Source of the DNA: Tubiluchus corallicola
Lineage: Eukaryota > Animalia > Priapulida
NCBI GenBank assembly: GCA_030141605.1
Contig: JAQGDQ010000680.1
Coordinates: forward strand, 49,885 to 113,884
Direction: 5' to 3'
DNA length: 64,000 nt
Shown here: positions 24,001 to 38,748 of the stretch, piece by piece
Layout of the letters: every line of letters begins with the position of its first letter
Numbering within the stretch: position 1 is the stretch's first letter
Notes under the pieces: generated by a model
Database searches by the model: none
What the model saw: the letters and a program-made list of their open reading frames with translations, nothing else
Told to the model about the DNA's origin: nothing
Program-made: the position numbers and the translations under genes

Positions 24001-27000
24001 ATGTTATGCAATTATCCAGAAGTCTTTGTAAAAATATATTTTAGTGAAAGTGGGCTATTGTCAAGTGGAGCTCCTACTTTGACTTCAAAGCATATGAGAG
24101 ATGGTTATGCTGAGGCAGTAATACCACTAGCTAGTGATCAAGAATTGAGAAGAAAATATGTGACTTTCTGGCGTACAGGCACAAGGTTTGGTCGAGTCAT
24201 GGAAGATCTGGATACAATGGCAGGTAAGTAGTGAAATGCATTGATGGCAACAGTGCTGTGTATGATTACATGAGTGCTTAGAAGGACATGGAGCTATCCC
24301 CATTTTGAAGTTGGAATAAGATAGACTAAATGAGTTGATATTTCAAAGCTCAAATAATCATTTTGTAAAGGTGATCTAGTCAAACTTGCCTTTGATTGAA
24401 AATGTCAGAACTATAAGACGTGGTATTTGTGGCTGTTTTTACCTGCTGTTTAGCAAAACAATTTTTGCAGACCCTGTTTTGCAGTCATAATAGTTTTGTA
24501 TGTGAGAAAGTGACTTAGCTTAGCTATCAAATGTATACAGCAGGTTCTTTTGGTAATTACAATGTCATCAGTTTAAGATACACGTATGCACGATATAATC
24601 GTCTATGAAATTGCCAATATTAGGTCATAGGGAAATGAAATTTTCGTCAATAAGATTGGCTCAATGTAATTAACAATTATGTGTTAATAATAATACACAA
24701 TATATTTGAACATCTGATGTCAGTGTGCAAGTTCTGAGCATCTCACTCAAATACCTGCATTCTTGATGGGCTGGTGTGAGAGCAAAATCAAGGTCAGAAT
24801 CAAATTCAAGACTTTCAAGCACATCTTGTACATATTTCATGAATTTTTTCTATCAGTATCCATTAGAAGCACATAGTTTTTCTGACTGGTAATGAACTCG
24901 TTAAACAGCTGCAAGATGTGTTCTATAGCTTTGAATTCAGTACTGACCATTCTATGTCCTTTTTAATTTTAACCTTGGACTACAGGTTATACAAAAGACT
25001 CGGAGCATGCACACTAAGCATTAAGTTTATTCAGGGTTTTTTTATTACTTTAGGCATCTTTTGACACATCTATAAGAACATTCTCTGTTATTGCTCGTTG
25101 TTCTTTGTTTACTAGCAAATAGTTCCTTGTCGCCCTAATGAACTAAGTTAGTTCGCAGTAACTATGATTTATGTAATTTGTATTCAGAATTCCACAGATG
25201 GTATTACATGTTATATAAATTGTTATATGTAGCCATTGCTGCTATTTCATTCCATCTGGATCTAAGCATTCCAAACACAGATGTTTTCAAAATTTGTCCA
25301 TGCATATCCAATAGCAATTACTTAAGTCAAATTTTCTATGTTTGCAACAAGAGAAACTATTGCCTACAATTTTCTGTGCACCTATTGCTTTTGACATCGG
25401 TGCACCAATTTTTGACATCTTGTATTCTTATTAATTAGTAATTTAGCTTATGTGATATCAAGCATTTAATTTTTTTTATCATTTCAGGTTTTGTTTGTTT
25501 TAAACACAATAGCAGTCTCATCAGTAATCACTGCATGTCATTTGTGACTGCATTAGTTGATCGAATAGGTGAGTTTCTGTGCTGACTTTTCTGCAAACAA
25601 TTTTCTGCCTTTGAGCAAAATGTATGGGTTAAGCATTGCCATTAACTATTGCACTGTGATATAATTTTACTTTAGGGGGGGCTGTCTCTAGACTACAATA
25701 GGGCTCAAACTTACTGTTGTGCTTTTCCAGAATTTAATTTTTTTTCTTAATATACAATTATAATAATATATTTTAATTTAAAATTTTATAAATTAATATA
25801 ATTTAATTTAGTATTATATCTCATAGTTTATGAATTGTTAAAGCACAAGAAACCCTCAATTTACATAAAGTTTAAAAAATTTGTCTTGAAGTTTTATATC
25901 ACTTACATTGTGCCTTTTTGCAAACAGGTCTTGCATCGGCAGTAACACCGTATAAAACTTGTAAATTTAAGCTCTCGCGATGACTGTTAGACGCAGACAT
26001 TTTGACGATAAGTTATTTGAAACAAGTTTCGATAACATTGAGTAGAGTTTGAAAAAACAATCTAGTTACATGAGCCTTTCAAGCAGGTAAGCGAAGTGCT
26101 AAATAATATTACTTTGCACAGAAAGTTTTTGGGACATTGTTGAATATTTCCTTTCCTTCCTCTCATTTACGTTGCGTGTATATGAAGTCATGTAATGGCG
26201 CTGTCAAAACAGTATAGCGAGAGATTTAAAATGCAAACAAACAAAAAATCCTTTCAATGCGAGTATGATATACGTATGAAATTGCTACAAAGTAACATAA
26301 TTTTTAAGGCAATTTTTCTGAAACTTACTTCAGGTACCCTTTTTCTTGTACTTTACTGTCATAAATACCTGTTAATTAGATGCAGAAAGCACAATAGAAA
26401 TTTTCATTCACAGCCATGATATTTAATCTAGTAAATGACATATAGATGGCAGCACTATACAGGTTATTACATTCTCTTTGTGAAGTTTAATTGTTGTGAA
26501 ACAAGATTTAGCACTAAATTAATTTTCCATTCTACACAATACAGTGCGCAACAGATTACAAATTAATCTTGACAACAAGTTTAGGAATGTGTTCAGAACA
26601 TCTCAAACTAACTGGTTTACTACTAGCATTATTGTTGGATTTTATGCCACTTTTACTCGGAGAAACGGCGACATTACCTTTATCAGGAGTTTTATCCTGA
26701 ACTACGGATTTAGCTTTATCAGATACAACCGACAATTGAACACAAGCAGGGTATACTGTAGTTTTATTATCAGAATTAGTCACTGGTACAGAAGTAACAA
26801 CTTTAGAAGTTGCAAATGGAAGCTTTACATTACAGTTGTATGGCTACAGTGTCCTTTAATTCAGGCACATGAACAGGTCAGTAACACTATAAGGTGCGTT
26901 TCGATACACTGACAAAAATTAGCAATTCTATGAGACAAAAAAATACTAGTACTATTACTAGTTTTCAGGTTTCATAGAACTTGTTTCAAAGTTTGCATGG

Positions 27001-30000
27001 CTCATTCTGCGAGTCCATTACAAGCAGGATGGTACGGAGGATGCTGCAAACATATTTCGTAGCACTTCCATAGTTTTGTTTGCAGTGATTGTAGACATTT
27101 GTATAACCTCAAGCCACTTTGAGCAATTATCTCTATCTTGTTCCACTCAGCAAAATCAATTTGCATGCATTGCCACATTCTAGTTGCAAACTTCTACAGA
27201 TGCAATGGAACTACAGCTGGCTTACGTTGCACTAGTTGACATGTAGTACAAGCTTGGGCAATTTGTTGTATGTCAGAGTCAATACCTGACCACCACAAGC
27301 TACGACAAGTGGATTTCATACGATTGATACCGAAATGTTCTTTATGGACCATCTATCAGCCTACGCTGAAAGACTGCAGGAATGATGACCCACAACAAGC
27401 AATTTTTATCAAACGATATTTCGTCGTTGTCGCGGAAATAAGGTAGTAATTCCTCATTGACAGCAGTAGGTCATCCATGCAATGTACATTCAAGTACTTT
27501 ACACAGAACTCTATCTTTACTAGTAGTTTGTGCAATACGATTGGCATTTAATTTAATGTCATCACTAAATGACGTCATATACTCAGATTTGCAGTTACAC
27601 TTAACTGTCTCTGGTAACGGCCATCAACTCAAACCATCACAATTAGCATGATGCTCTAAATGTCGATATTCAATGACATATGAATACGATGCGAGAATGA
27701 GGAACTGGACTGCTGCATAGAATGCAACATTGTATTGCTGCAGCAGCCATAGATGAAAGACTGGACTTTGGCCCTAATAAAGTTAATAACGGCTTATGAT
27801 CAGCAACCAATGTAAACTTTCTACCATAGCAGTACAGATGAAGTTTGCTAACACTGAAGATTAATGCAGGAGGTTCACGTTGTGAACCGTTTTGTTCTGC
27901 CAGGGTAATAGTATGCAATACAAAAGCTACAGGCTTTTCTTCACTACCAGGCATCACTTGTGATAGCACATATGCCATAGCAAGACACATCACATGCTAC
28001 TTTTACTGGTTTCTCAGAATCATAGTCCACTAGCACTCCGTCACCTATTAAAGTGTTCTTGCAAGATTCGAAGGCTTTGGTGAATGCATCACTGCAATAC
28101 CGTTCTGAGTCTTTATGCAGCAACTGATTCAGCGGATATAGCATGGATGAAAGATTTCACGCAAACTTTCCATAGTAATTCAGGAGGCCTAACCAAGAAT
28201 GAAGCTGAACAGCATTAGTCGAACCTGGCACATTGACAATTGCATCCATTTCTCTTCCAGTGGATGAATGCTATGTCTATCAATGACATGACACAAGTAT
28301 ACAAAACCGTCTTGCAAAAATTTGCACTTGCCCATTTTAGCTTTCACATTATAATCTGCTAGTCGCTCAAATACGTTTTCTAATGCAAATAAATACAAAG
28401 ATTCAGCCACATCTTTCAAAGCTACTAAAATGTCATCTATGTATCACTTGACACCTGGAAGACAACTTGTGATTCTTTCCATTACAGATTGAAAAATTGC
28501 CGGGCTGTTGCTATTCCCTAATTTAGGCATTTGTAGTCATACAAGCTACAATGTGTAATTATAGTGAGCAATTCACCCATGCGTCATCCAGCTGTAACTG
28601 TTGAAATGCATTCACAAACCTACCTTGGAAAATCACTACCCACCAGCAAGAGAAACAAAGATGGATTCTGAAGTAGGTCGGTGTATTGGTAATGTTTTTT
28701 TATTCTATAACAAATTGTAACTTCTTGCAGAAGTCAGAGATGGCATGATGTGCATTGATCAAGACATCAAGCTGACGGGACATGTAAGCTGGGTGGGAAA
28801 GACATCGATGGACATTTCTATGAAAGTAGAGCAACTTAAAGACAAAGTGTGGAAACATATTTTAGACACCCATTTTCTGATGGTTGCAAGAGATCCAATT
28901 CGTGGTAGAGGGTAAATGTTTACCATACTTTACTGTTTTGGACTGATGGTTATTTGTTTGTAATTTTCAATGTATATTAATGAAATTATTTCAAAACACT
29001 ATTTTTGTCACTTTGCAAAGATTTCTTTCAATGTGCAAAAGTGGAAGTAATGCAAGAAAATTTTTGACATCAATTTGACTGAAATAAAGGACAAGAGAAA
29101 ATTTCTCATCTCTGTTAGCAGTAAGCAGTATTTCCAGTTGGCTTTTTATCAAATTAGTTTTCAGTTAGCAGTTTGCAGAATTAATGGGCCTAGATCTGTT
29201 AAATATAGTTTCACGTTTATTAGAATTTATATTTCCATTTAGGATGTTGGTAAATCCATTAGAACCAGAAGGACCAGAAGAGAAGGCGGAATTTGATCTT
29301 GCAGCTGCAGCACAGATGAAACGACGCCAAGAGGCTGAAGATTCACTCTTAAAAAAAGTGCCGACTCAGTCTGAAAATGAGCTTGTTCATAATATGTTTC
29401 TGCATACAATTGATGCACAGTATGCACACTTCCATTTAACTATGATAATGCATGTGTATAGCCTATAGGCTTACGTTTTGCATTAAAACTTACTGGTATT
29501 TCGGGAATTACTATTTATATTTAATTTACAATTCAAATGTAAAATGAGTTCTGAATAATTAACACACTTTTATATCTTTATTTATTAGGGCTGGTTCTTT
29601 TAGAAGAGTAAAACCAGATGGTGCAAGATGGATGGAAGACACAATGCTAAAAACAGTCTTATTATGCCATCTTGAGGTATGCTTTAATTATGTTTTTATG
29701 TATTTGATATTATCTTGATAGTTACTTTATTGTGTTTGCAGCTTTAGTATGGAGGTGCTTAGTTTAGTTTGTTGTGTTTATTTAAGTTTCCGTGTAGGAC
29801 AGAAATATCTATGGCAAGATCTTTGGAGGCTTTCTGATGAGACAAGCTTTTGAGCTCGCATGGACAAGTGCTAACTTATACTGGTATGATTTTGTTTTTG
29901 CTTTTACTTGCTAATTTCAAATTCTGTTGTATAATTTAAATTGCTTATGTTTTGGAAGCAACTGCTCAGTGACTAAATAAAAGAGTGATTCCAGGGCTCA

Positions 30001-33000
30001 AAAAGTATGTTTTGACCAGGGTTTCTCTTGGGCACCGAGCAGTGACTGACTAGCTGCCAAACATAAAAATTGGTAACCCGACGTAATAGAAGTGTACGTA
30101 ATGAAAGCAATTCCAAGGAGAATCATGATGGGTTGGGCATCTTCTGAGCACCAAGCAACAGTTACACTAATTAAGCTTAAGAGCTAAAGCTTAGTTCCAT
30201 GATCCTATGTAGAAAAAAAAAGCAGTTCAAGTTCTTAGTTCCACTAATGTATTAGAATAGGAACTAGTTCACTTTCCAGATTTCAAGTTTGAATTATTAT
30301 AGTACATATGCAACAAAAATATTAAAGGTACGCAACTATCCATAAGCTGATGATTGAAAGCAGTCACTCTCCAAAGTGCCTCTGTCAAAGTACAGTAGAA
30401 TCTGCTTAATAAATCCACAGATAATAAATCAATTCGGTTATTGTGGCCACCATTGCTGGAACAGAACTGTAAAATCTGCTGTTTATTAAATCCAGGCTTC
30501 GCTTTATAAATCCAATTGCGCTCTGTGAAGACACAAAATTGTGATGTAAGACTACACAATTGTGCTGCGTTTTAGTTTGAGCTAGACCAGCATCTTTGTG
30601 CTATGCACTTTTTACAACTTTCCATGACTGCGGTGACTACAACAACGATGCAAGAAATACTGTATCAGTTGCTGAAGTACAATGCGCTGAAACACTACAA
30701 AATTGCATCTTTGACAAAACTTTCTCACTAAAACAAACCAGTGACTACACTGGACATGTTTCAGTGTTAAACTTATCTGCATGCTGTATAATGATCTGCA
30801 AATGAATACCTGTTTTGCATGCATAATCATATTGAATTAAAATGCCGATTCTAATTGATAAACTGTTGTGCGCGTAAAACCTTAATGGCTAAAAAATGAA
30901 TAATTATCGCCAATATGCTGAGTTTACTTAAAAAAATTTCACAGTTTACTGAGGCTGCTAAGTGTATTGGCTTGTTAAAGAAACAACAAGCACTGTATTA
31001 ACATAGAAAATGCTACTTAATAGGTCTCTTTGGTTTATAGATCCAGCCGCTTAATAAATCCACCATGATGCAAAGCTAAATGGATTTATTCCCACTTAGC
31101 TTCGCACTAAGGTTGATTCATTAAGTGGCGGTCACTGTATTACTTATAACCAGTGTTGCTTAACTATTAAAGGTAGAATGAGTGTTTATAAATATAGTAA
31201 TTAGACTTTTCCAATTACTAAAGTATTAGTACATGTACGAGTGAGAGATCAAACAGCCAAAGCCACATTAATTTGAAGTTCCTTATAGGATACAGATGTT
31301 CCTTATGTATCCCCCAGAGATTAATAAAGTCAGCAAGGTGACCTTCTGCTTTTAAACTAGTAAAGCTTTAACCTACCGTTCAGACTATGGGGTGTATGAT
31401 CTAAATTAGCAACCAATCTTTTGGGTCATAGATTTGTAAAAAATTTCTACTTTTTCCTTTCTAGATGTGGAACCAAAACCGGGTTTTTTTATTATTTTGT
31501 TTTTGCTGAGTAACGTAGTGTAAAATGCCTTTCTGACTTCTACAGCCCTATGTTCGTGACACTGGTCGTATTTCCTAAATTAACAAACAATGTTGGGGCC
31601 TAGACAAGTTAGGAAAGCCTTGATAAAATCTGGTTTTGCAAATGCATTGTTTCAGAGTATAATTGAGCAAGTGCAGTTTCGAGCCATTACGTTATACAGC
31701 AAAGGAAAGATTGGTTGCCTTATTAATTGTCTTAGTTTTGTAGGTATTAACTTTGTCTGCAAATTTACAAATTCTTAATTAATTTATCTAACGAAATTAA
31801 ACAATAATTATAAATATTAGCATAAACATCTTTGTTTTGCATTGTATAGTCTGTAAATAATAACAAAGATTGGAATCAATAGCAATAGCAAAGAAAGCAA
31901 GGAAAGATTGGGGACCTTATCAATTTTGTTATTCATTAGTTTTGTAGGTATTAACTTTGTCTGTAAATTTACAAATTCTTAATTAATTTATCTAATGAAA
32001 TTAAACAATAATTGTAAATATTAGCATCATCATCTTTGTTTTGCATTGTATAGTCAGTAAATAATAGCATAAATCTCTTTACTTTTTTATAATTCTTGCA
32101 GTCAGTCACCTCCTGTAGTTCGAGCAGTTGATGACATATTGTTTAAGGCACCTGTAGAAATTGGCTCATTGCTGTTTTTATCTTCGTTGGTATGTATGTA
32201 TACATCAGACATATAACTCTATACCTCACGTAGATATAAATTTCATGACTAGATGCAGCAGCTTTACTTGATAATTCCTGCATCAAACTTGCAGGTTCCA
32301 TGTTTCTTGGCTGACGACTTTTTGTTGCTAAGCTTCCTGAAAGCATAAGACTTCAATTTTGGGCATTTTTGGTCTAATTTTTTCTTAAAAATTATTTCAT
32401 TTAGTGAATGGGACTGTGTCTACAGTTCCAGCAGTAATGCTTGGATAGTCCGTTTCTATAAGTGGTATTTATTTGCTCGCTGGTGAAGTAACCCATAATG
32501 AAGACTATTTTATGTACAGTATTTGTTCCAGCTTAGTAGAACCGTGAATAAAAAATAATCAGTCACATTTTAGAAAGAGTTTAGGTACGATCCGATATTA
32601 CTCCTATAGAAACTCTTCTTAAGAAAAATCAGTTAATAAAATGAGTGCACCAGTAACATTTCGTTTAATAAGACCACATTTTTCAGTAATAGGCTACAAA
32701 AGCAATATAAAAAAAATTGTGTTTTTGGTAGTTTGCCTGTTTTATTAAGATACGCAGTTGAAATTTAACCATTTCGATGATTCACCTTTTCTTAGTCAAT
32801 GTCGTACTAAAGTTAAAATTCAATTGTTTCGTCAATATTGTTCTGCATGTACAGCCTTTAAAATACTTTTTAGTCTATTGAATGCACTTAAATCACTGTT
32901 GTAACCTTGAGTCAATCAGTATGTAACTGAACTGCATGCACTACAAAAAGTTTTTGTATTTAACTCATTAAATCATGTCAGGCAAACATGATGTTGTTGG

Positions 33001-35245
33001 ATAAATTTAAAGGGCTACAACCCTGTAGCCAGTGGGAAGTGCTGCTCAAGAGTTTAGGGATCGCACAATACTGAGAAACTTACTGGAAAATGAAAAAGTT
33101 TGAATGAGTAAAAAACAAAGAAATTGTGTTAGAGAAGAGGAAGACATAGAAATTTGATTATTGCAGTGGTTAAACACACTTCTGTTAATAATGGACCAAT
33201 TTACAGGCCGTTGTAGCATGACGTTAATTAGGGTAAAGCGTTTACATATTGTGTTTTGTCAAATACATATGATTGGAACACAGTAGTTGCCAGATATATT
33301 GTTAAGTGGCAACTACTGTAATACATGTATCTCTCGACGATTAAGTACCATATTATTTCAATGAGAAAATTCTTTGAACATCGTGGCATCAACAATGGTA
33401 TTCTAATTAGTAGAAAAAGACAGTAGGTTGGCTGTAAGTAGTATGATTTGCATTCTTTGCATTGATAAAGGTTTGCTGAAAATCTACAAGTTTTTAATCA
33501 CATATTTTGTTTCCTGCAGATTGTTTATACTCTAAACAACAAATTGGTTGTTAGAGTACATGCAGAAGTTGTAGATGCAGCAACAAATGTACACACCACA
33601 ACAAATACTTTTTACTTTGTGCTTGACGCCCCAAAACTGAACATGGTTCCACCCGTTATACCTAAAACTTATGCTGGTATGTATTTACTGTTATAGATTT
33701 ACACAGCCTGATTTAATATTTTGTTTATTTGAAAATACAATTCCTATTGCCACCTGTTGAGTTTACTTGACAAATGAAAACAGGGTACAGGCTAGTCTAT
33801 ATTTATGTTAACAATTGCACATGCTGAATCTATGCATTCCATAGTAAAGACATACAGTGTGCAGTAAGGATAACAAGAAGCATGATGGGTGATCAGAACT
33901 TTTTTGTCTGCACCTTTTATTTGTGTGAGAATCAAATGTTTTAATGTTTTCCTTTATTGTTAGAAATGCTTATAACGAATTGTACATCACATTTGCTGGT
34001 ATGTTTCACTGTAGAGTCAGTAACTTGCATACAAGATAGATTTGCATTGTATGGTGCAGATTATCTGTACTCGGTGAGACTGCTTGGATAGGTGAAAAGA
34101 TGACAATTGAAATGCATACTTAAAGAATGTTTTGGCCATCTGTGGCTATTTATTTTTGCTGGCGAGTTGCTATGCTGCATAGTAATAAATCTCTAATATA
34201 GTCGAAGTTATTTACTGCATCAAATAATGAGTGGCATAGAAAATGAGATGTATTCTATCTTGCATTCATAAAAAAATCAGTGAATCTCTTTTTCATGCAG
34301 ATTTAATAACTGCATGATAAATGGATTTGTTATATTCAGCTAGTATTATTGCAATATGGCTACTGTGACTGCTATAAAATCCTATGAAGGTATGGCCAGG
34401 CATGTGTATGGGAATTGTCCAGCTAAGATTATTTGTATCTAGACAAGTTGATTATACATTTCCAAGATAGAGTATTAATTGGTACTACAAATTAAATTCA
34501 TTTTTTTCCTTTATGTGCAAACTGGTTGCTAAGATTTTGTTAACATAGTTACTTATAATACATAGATAACCTACCGCACAGTTAAAGCACAGGAAAACCC
34601 TTTGCTTACATAAAGCTGTAAACTCGTCTTGAAATTTTAACGCCTACATACTATCTTATTGCACACAGAACTTGTATTAGCAGCAACGCTGCATAGAACT
34701 TGTAAATATGAACTTGACCATTAGGTGCAGGCATTTTGATGGTAAGTCATTCGAAACAAGTTTAGATGTCATTGCTAAATTTTGAAAAAATAATCATAGT
34801 ATTTATAGTGCACACTTCACTTACTAAACAGAAGTATATTGTTAGTAAGATTAATAACGTGTTTTGTTGAGTCAGCGGTGCTCACTGGGACCGGCTGGCA
34901 CGAACATTTTAATGACTAAGAAATCCTTTTCTAATTACTTAAGCCTTTCAAACAGGTTAGCATAATTCAAAGTAATATACCTTTGTATGGAAAGCTTGTT
35001 AATTTGTTAAAATTTGTGAACTGCGTGTACAATTTTGATGTTTGCCAACAAATGTTTCCCATTTTTTATTCCGATTTTTGCTATTAGATTGTTGGTGTTG
35101 CATTATCAGAAATTTTTTTTTCGGCAACTAAACTACTTTGACATATTGCAGTTACCATAATAATTTTTATAATAATTAATATCTGTGGCATCTTTTTGCA
35201 GAAGCTATGATGTACGTGGATGGAAAAAGACATTTTGAAAGTTAA
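21056..35245 (+). CDS. ACOT9: Acyl-CoA thioesterase 9 (mitochondrial, double hot-dog fold), ~430 aa, 12 exons
   Basis: Exons 21056-21075, 23005-23150, 23603-23648, 24045-24223, 25488-25568, 28731-28911, 29243-29419, 29589-29676, 29798-29883, 32102-32189, 33520-33676, 35202-35245 (1293 nt, phases consistent). Motifs RFGRVMEDLDTMAG, FVTALVDRI, LTGHVSWVGKTSMD, FLMVARDP, RNIYGKIFGGFLMRQAFELAW, VDDILFKAPVEIGSLL, TTNTFYF, VIPKTYAEAMMYVDGKRHF. Basic/Ser-rich N-terminus fits a mitochondrial presequence. Exons 1-3 are less certain than the core. Confidence 0.93.
22200..22550 (+). mobile_element. Degenerate CR1-clade LINE reverse-transcriptase C-terminal fragment
   Basis: Frameshifted translation IENVTEEKDLGIIVDNKLQF...LYRSTVRPVLDYADVAW...RASRMIPEIAERSYPERLRQL, typical of CR1 ORF2. 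Confidence 0.85.
25839..26355. mobile_element. Kolobok-like non-autonomous element (family copy 2, both ends present)
   Basis: TTAAAGCACAAGAAA at left, TTTCTTGTACTTTA at right; TTAA-type target site; colinear with 10543-11150 and 34582-35000. Confidence 0.7.
26550..28680 (-). mobile_element. Decayed Ty3/Gypsy pol (RT-RNase H-integrase), antisense in ACOT9 intron 5
   Basis: Frameshifted pieces in Gypsy domain order: IDDILVA and KCKFLQ..VYLCHVID (RT), KPVKVACDVSCYGICA, KPVAF, YGRKFTLVADHKPLLTLLGPK (RNase H), WWSGID..IAQACTTCQ and MQIDFA (integrase), low-complexity tail ending LVVKINL*. No LTRs found. Confidence 0.9.
30393..31137. mobile_element. pogo/Tigger-like MITE
   Basis: TA-CAGTAGAATCTGCTTAAT ... 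ATTAAGTGGCGGTCACTG-TA; repeated GCTTAATAAATCCAC motif. Confidence 0.65.
31732..32070. repeat. Tandem duplication (~205-bp period) just upstream of ACOT9 exon 10
   Basis: TAGTTTTGTAGGTATTAACTTTGTCTG...CATCTTTGTTTTGCATTGTATAGTC.GTAAATAATA occurs at ~31733-31863 and ~31937-32066 with few differences. Confidence 0.9.
34582..35000. mobile_element. Kolobok-like non-autonomous element (family copy 3, truncated)
   Basis: TTAAAGCACAGGAAAACCC start; colinear with copies 1 and 2. Confidence 0.6.
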
Positions 35246-38200
35246 TCAAGGATCCTTAAATGTTGCATTATAGCCAAAACCTTTGGTCTATTTCATATAG
35301 CTAATTATGTGAAAGAAAGCTTACTTTACTCATTTTGGAATGTAATACACTTTTTGGTATAACGTGTTTGAAGCTTTTGAGGTGCAGTTTCATTACAACA
35401 TGAAATAGGTCTAACGTATCTGTTTTGCAGGAAGTTACACTACTGTATTTTTTAAAACGTCTTGTAAGGAGTTACTATTCTATTCTGTTAATCGAAAGAC
35501 ACAGAAAAGCAAGGACACAACATTACATTAAATGCTTGGGGAAGAGCGCATTCAGTGATCTCTGACTGAATTTAATCTGAATGTGATTTGCCAATGATGC
35601 TGAAAAAAATTATGAAAGAATTAAAAAAAAATGAGGCAGTCTTATAAAAAATATCGTCTCTTGCTGTCTTTCCTTTTCAAAGTGTGCCAATCACCTGATG
35701 CTTTTTTATACATATTGCTCCAGGCAAAGCCAATTCAGAGCCACCGAAATTCTTGCTTCTGTAATTCACACATACCAGTGCAATAATTATTATTTTCTCG
35801 TTATACCAATTTTACATTTTACAACTGTACTGCACACCATACCTTGGCAATTATGGATATCCCACAGACAGCTAGGTAACGAAATCGGTGTCGGGTAGGC
35901 CCGAATAACAAAAATCAACAATGGAAATGCTGAATCGTCTAGAAAGAATGAAAAACAGAAAAGCTCTACACATTGATTTATCATTTTCAAACTATATTGT
36001 AACTGTATTAGACCATTTCTGCACTCTAGATATTTACGAGAAGGAGACATGATTAGAAAAATTTCATTTAAAAAATTATTTGGATGCCTATAAGTTACAT
36101 GTAGCAATATTTATTAGTAATATTTACAAAGCTTTGATTTATAAATACAAACAGCTGTTACTGACAAAGTTTTCATATAACACAAAGCACATATATCACA
36201 GAAATGTGTTACATGAATCTATGATTGAACACATATGACACAATCATTTGGACAATAAACTAGTTGAATCTTAAAATGCTGTTCTACTACTAACAAAAGA
36301 AATATTTGTGTAAGAATGGCACAATATTTTAGTACATGATTCTTAGATTAACTTCTATATAAATCATAGCAAATACAAAAAATGCAGTCATAGCAAATAA
36401 CAGAGGTATTATGGGCAATGAAACTAATTAATTTTGCAGTATTTACTAATCCAAAGAAGAAGAAAGTGTGCGAGATTTCACATTGTAGTATTTAAAATGC
36501 TGAAACTTTATCAAAGCAAAAATTTACAGAAACATAGTTCTGTAAATTATTAAAACGTAGTTATTTCTTAGATTTTAAAAGAACAGATTCATATACACAT
36601 TTAAAATTTTAAAATACATTTTTTGGAGCAAATTGTTTTTGCAAATGTTAAGAGTAAGGAACCTACTTTTAGAAACACAATTTCAGAACAATCTAGTGAC
36701 CCTTGGCTCTTAATTTTTATACAATTTAAATGTGTAAATGGTCACATGGTAAGATCTCAATTACAAGCGAAGTCATTTCACCGAAGATAGACCACAATGC
36801 TCTTAATACTGAACACATTTACCCGAGTGTGTTTAACTTTTACAGTGGAAAGTAGTCTCACTCAGTACGTCACATTACAACAACAAATAAAATCATAAAA
36901 TGAAGTCGCTACACTTCAACTAGACACCCTGCACTAGCAGCAAGTACATTTGTCACAAAAATGTCTACATAGAAAATAAAACAACAATGACACATACACA
37001 TTACATAAAAAATTGTCCAGTCAACGAAAAATTAAACTATATACTTCAAAAATTATGTACAGCAAATATTACATAGTAGAAAACAAAATGCACATTACGC
37101 AAAATAAACATTGACGGCAGTGTTTAAAATGTGTGCTTGCACAGCAAAATGTCTTTAAGTCAGAAATTAAGCTTTTCTAGCTATTATCCAAATCTCAACA
37201 TCATGAGGATCAGTTTGATAACAACTTATCGCTCTATGTCATTTCTAGGGTGCACGTTGAAGTTGAGTGCACACCGTCTACAGAAAAAATCTCTGTTAAA
37301 GTTTGTCATTGTTTTTGTCGCATTTCCACAAAAACACTTGTTTAAATCCAATAGATCGCTCTTCCAGACTAGCTTGGCAAGAGAAAAAATCGCAAGCGAA
37401 ATGACTGCTTCCATGAGCTACTATTAGAGTTTGAAAATACGAGTTTTTACCAATTGCATGGCTACTTTATTGGCAGAGAAGCCACGTGGGTAAGGCATTA
37501 TAAATTTAATTTTTAGCATTTTTAACATAAAGGTCCAATGTATTTAGCACTTGTTTTTGAAAAAACAAAAAACTGATATTGGACCAAATTTTTAATGCAT
37601 TCTACTTTGATCATAACATAGTTTTAACTATGCCAACTTATAGACCGTTTTGGTATGCACGCACCCAAATATTGAGGCTTCTGTGAAATAGTCATTCACT
37701 ATACAGTAGTTGAGGCACTTTTATACAAAGTATTTATGTTAATAACTGCCCATGGCAACTCACAGCCAAATTAATTTTTCCACCTTCGAAGCTTGCATGT
37801 GTCACATAGTCTAAACTTTTTTGTCTGTCTTTACAATGATAGCACAATGCAGCGTTAATAAGCACAAAACATTTCTTCAGTGTTTTGAATCATTGCTCAC
37901 TGACTACTGAAAAATTCATCAAATATGTTACACTTGCTATATAAAATGTCACCAAATTGACTCAGACACAGCTGGCTTACCTCTAGTGCTTATCTTGCTT
38001 GTTAAACATATAGATTGAGCAATGGCAATACAAATGTGATTGTGTAGATATGGCTATTCACACGTATGTTCTGCTGTATGACTAGCCCAAAATTAAACGT
38101 CTAAAAGACAGCATCTTTTCTCTTTATTCCATGACTGTAGTTGACAGCACTATTTCTAGTGCAATCAGCTATAACCAACAAAGCTTAGCAAGTACATCAT

Positions 38201-38748
38201 ATTTGTAATTGTCAATCATGTTATCAGGTTTCTCACAGCTTGTCTTCATCCAGAATACTGTAACTCCGTAGTAGAGTAAAATTTAAAAATTCACTAGTCA
38301 TCTAGTTTCAGATAAAACATGCTATTCTAATGCAACATGATTAGGAAACAAAAACGTCACGACATCACTTTGAAAGTGTCTGAAAGTGCCTTGCATCAGT
38401 ATATAAAAGGTTTGGTCAAAGTTAAAATTGGTCCTTCTAGGTGGAACTCCTGATTTTATAAGGAATGTTTTTGAACTTCAACACTCAAAAAGTATGTCTT
38501 GTTTATTGACCATGTGTTCATGACTGTAATTAGATTTCAGTTTTTACACTTGAACAATGGCCTGTTTGTTAAACAATAAGAATGCTTAATAATACACACA
38601 ATGTTGCCTGTTTAATCATAGGCTTTGAAATGCATTATGGTCCATCACTTGCTAAATGGTTTCAAGTGTTTGTTTCATCTACCACTTGTTAAATAATTTT
38701 CGGAGAGTATGGCAGCCTTTGGACCAAATAAGAAACAATCATTGCACA

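Noticed and set aside
26544-26912. 122-aa plus-strand ORF in ACOT9 intron 5
   Set aside because: Antisense to the Gypsy integrase tail; GTG start and no motifs.
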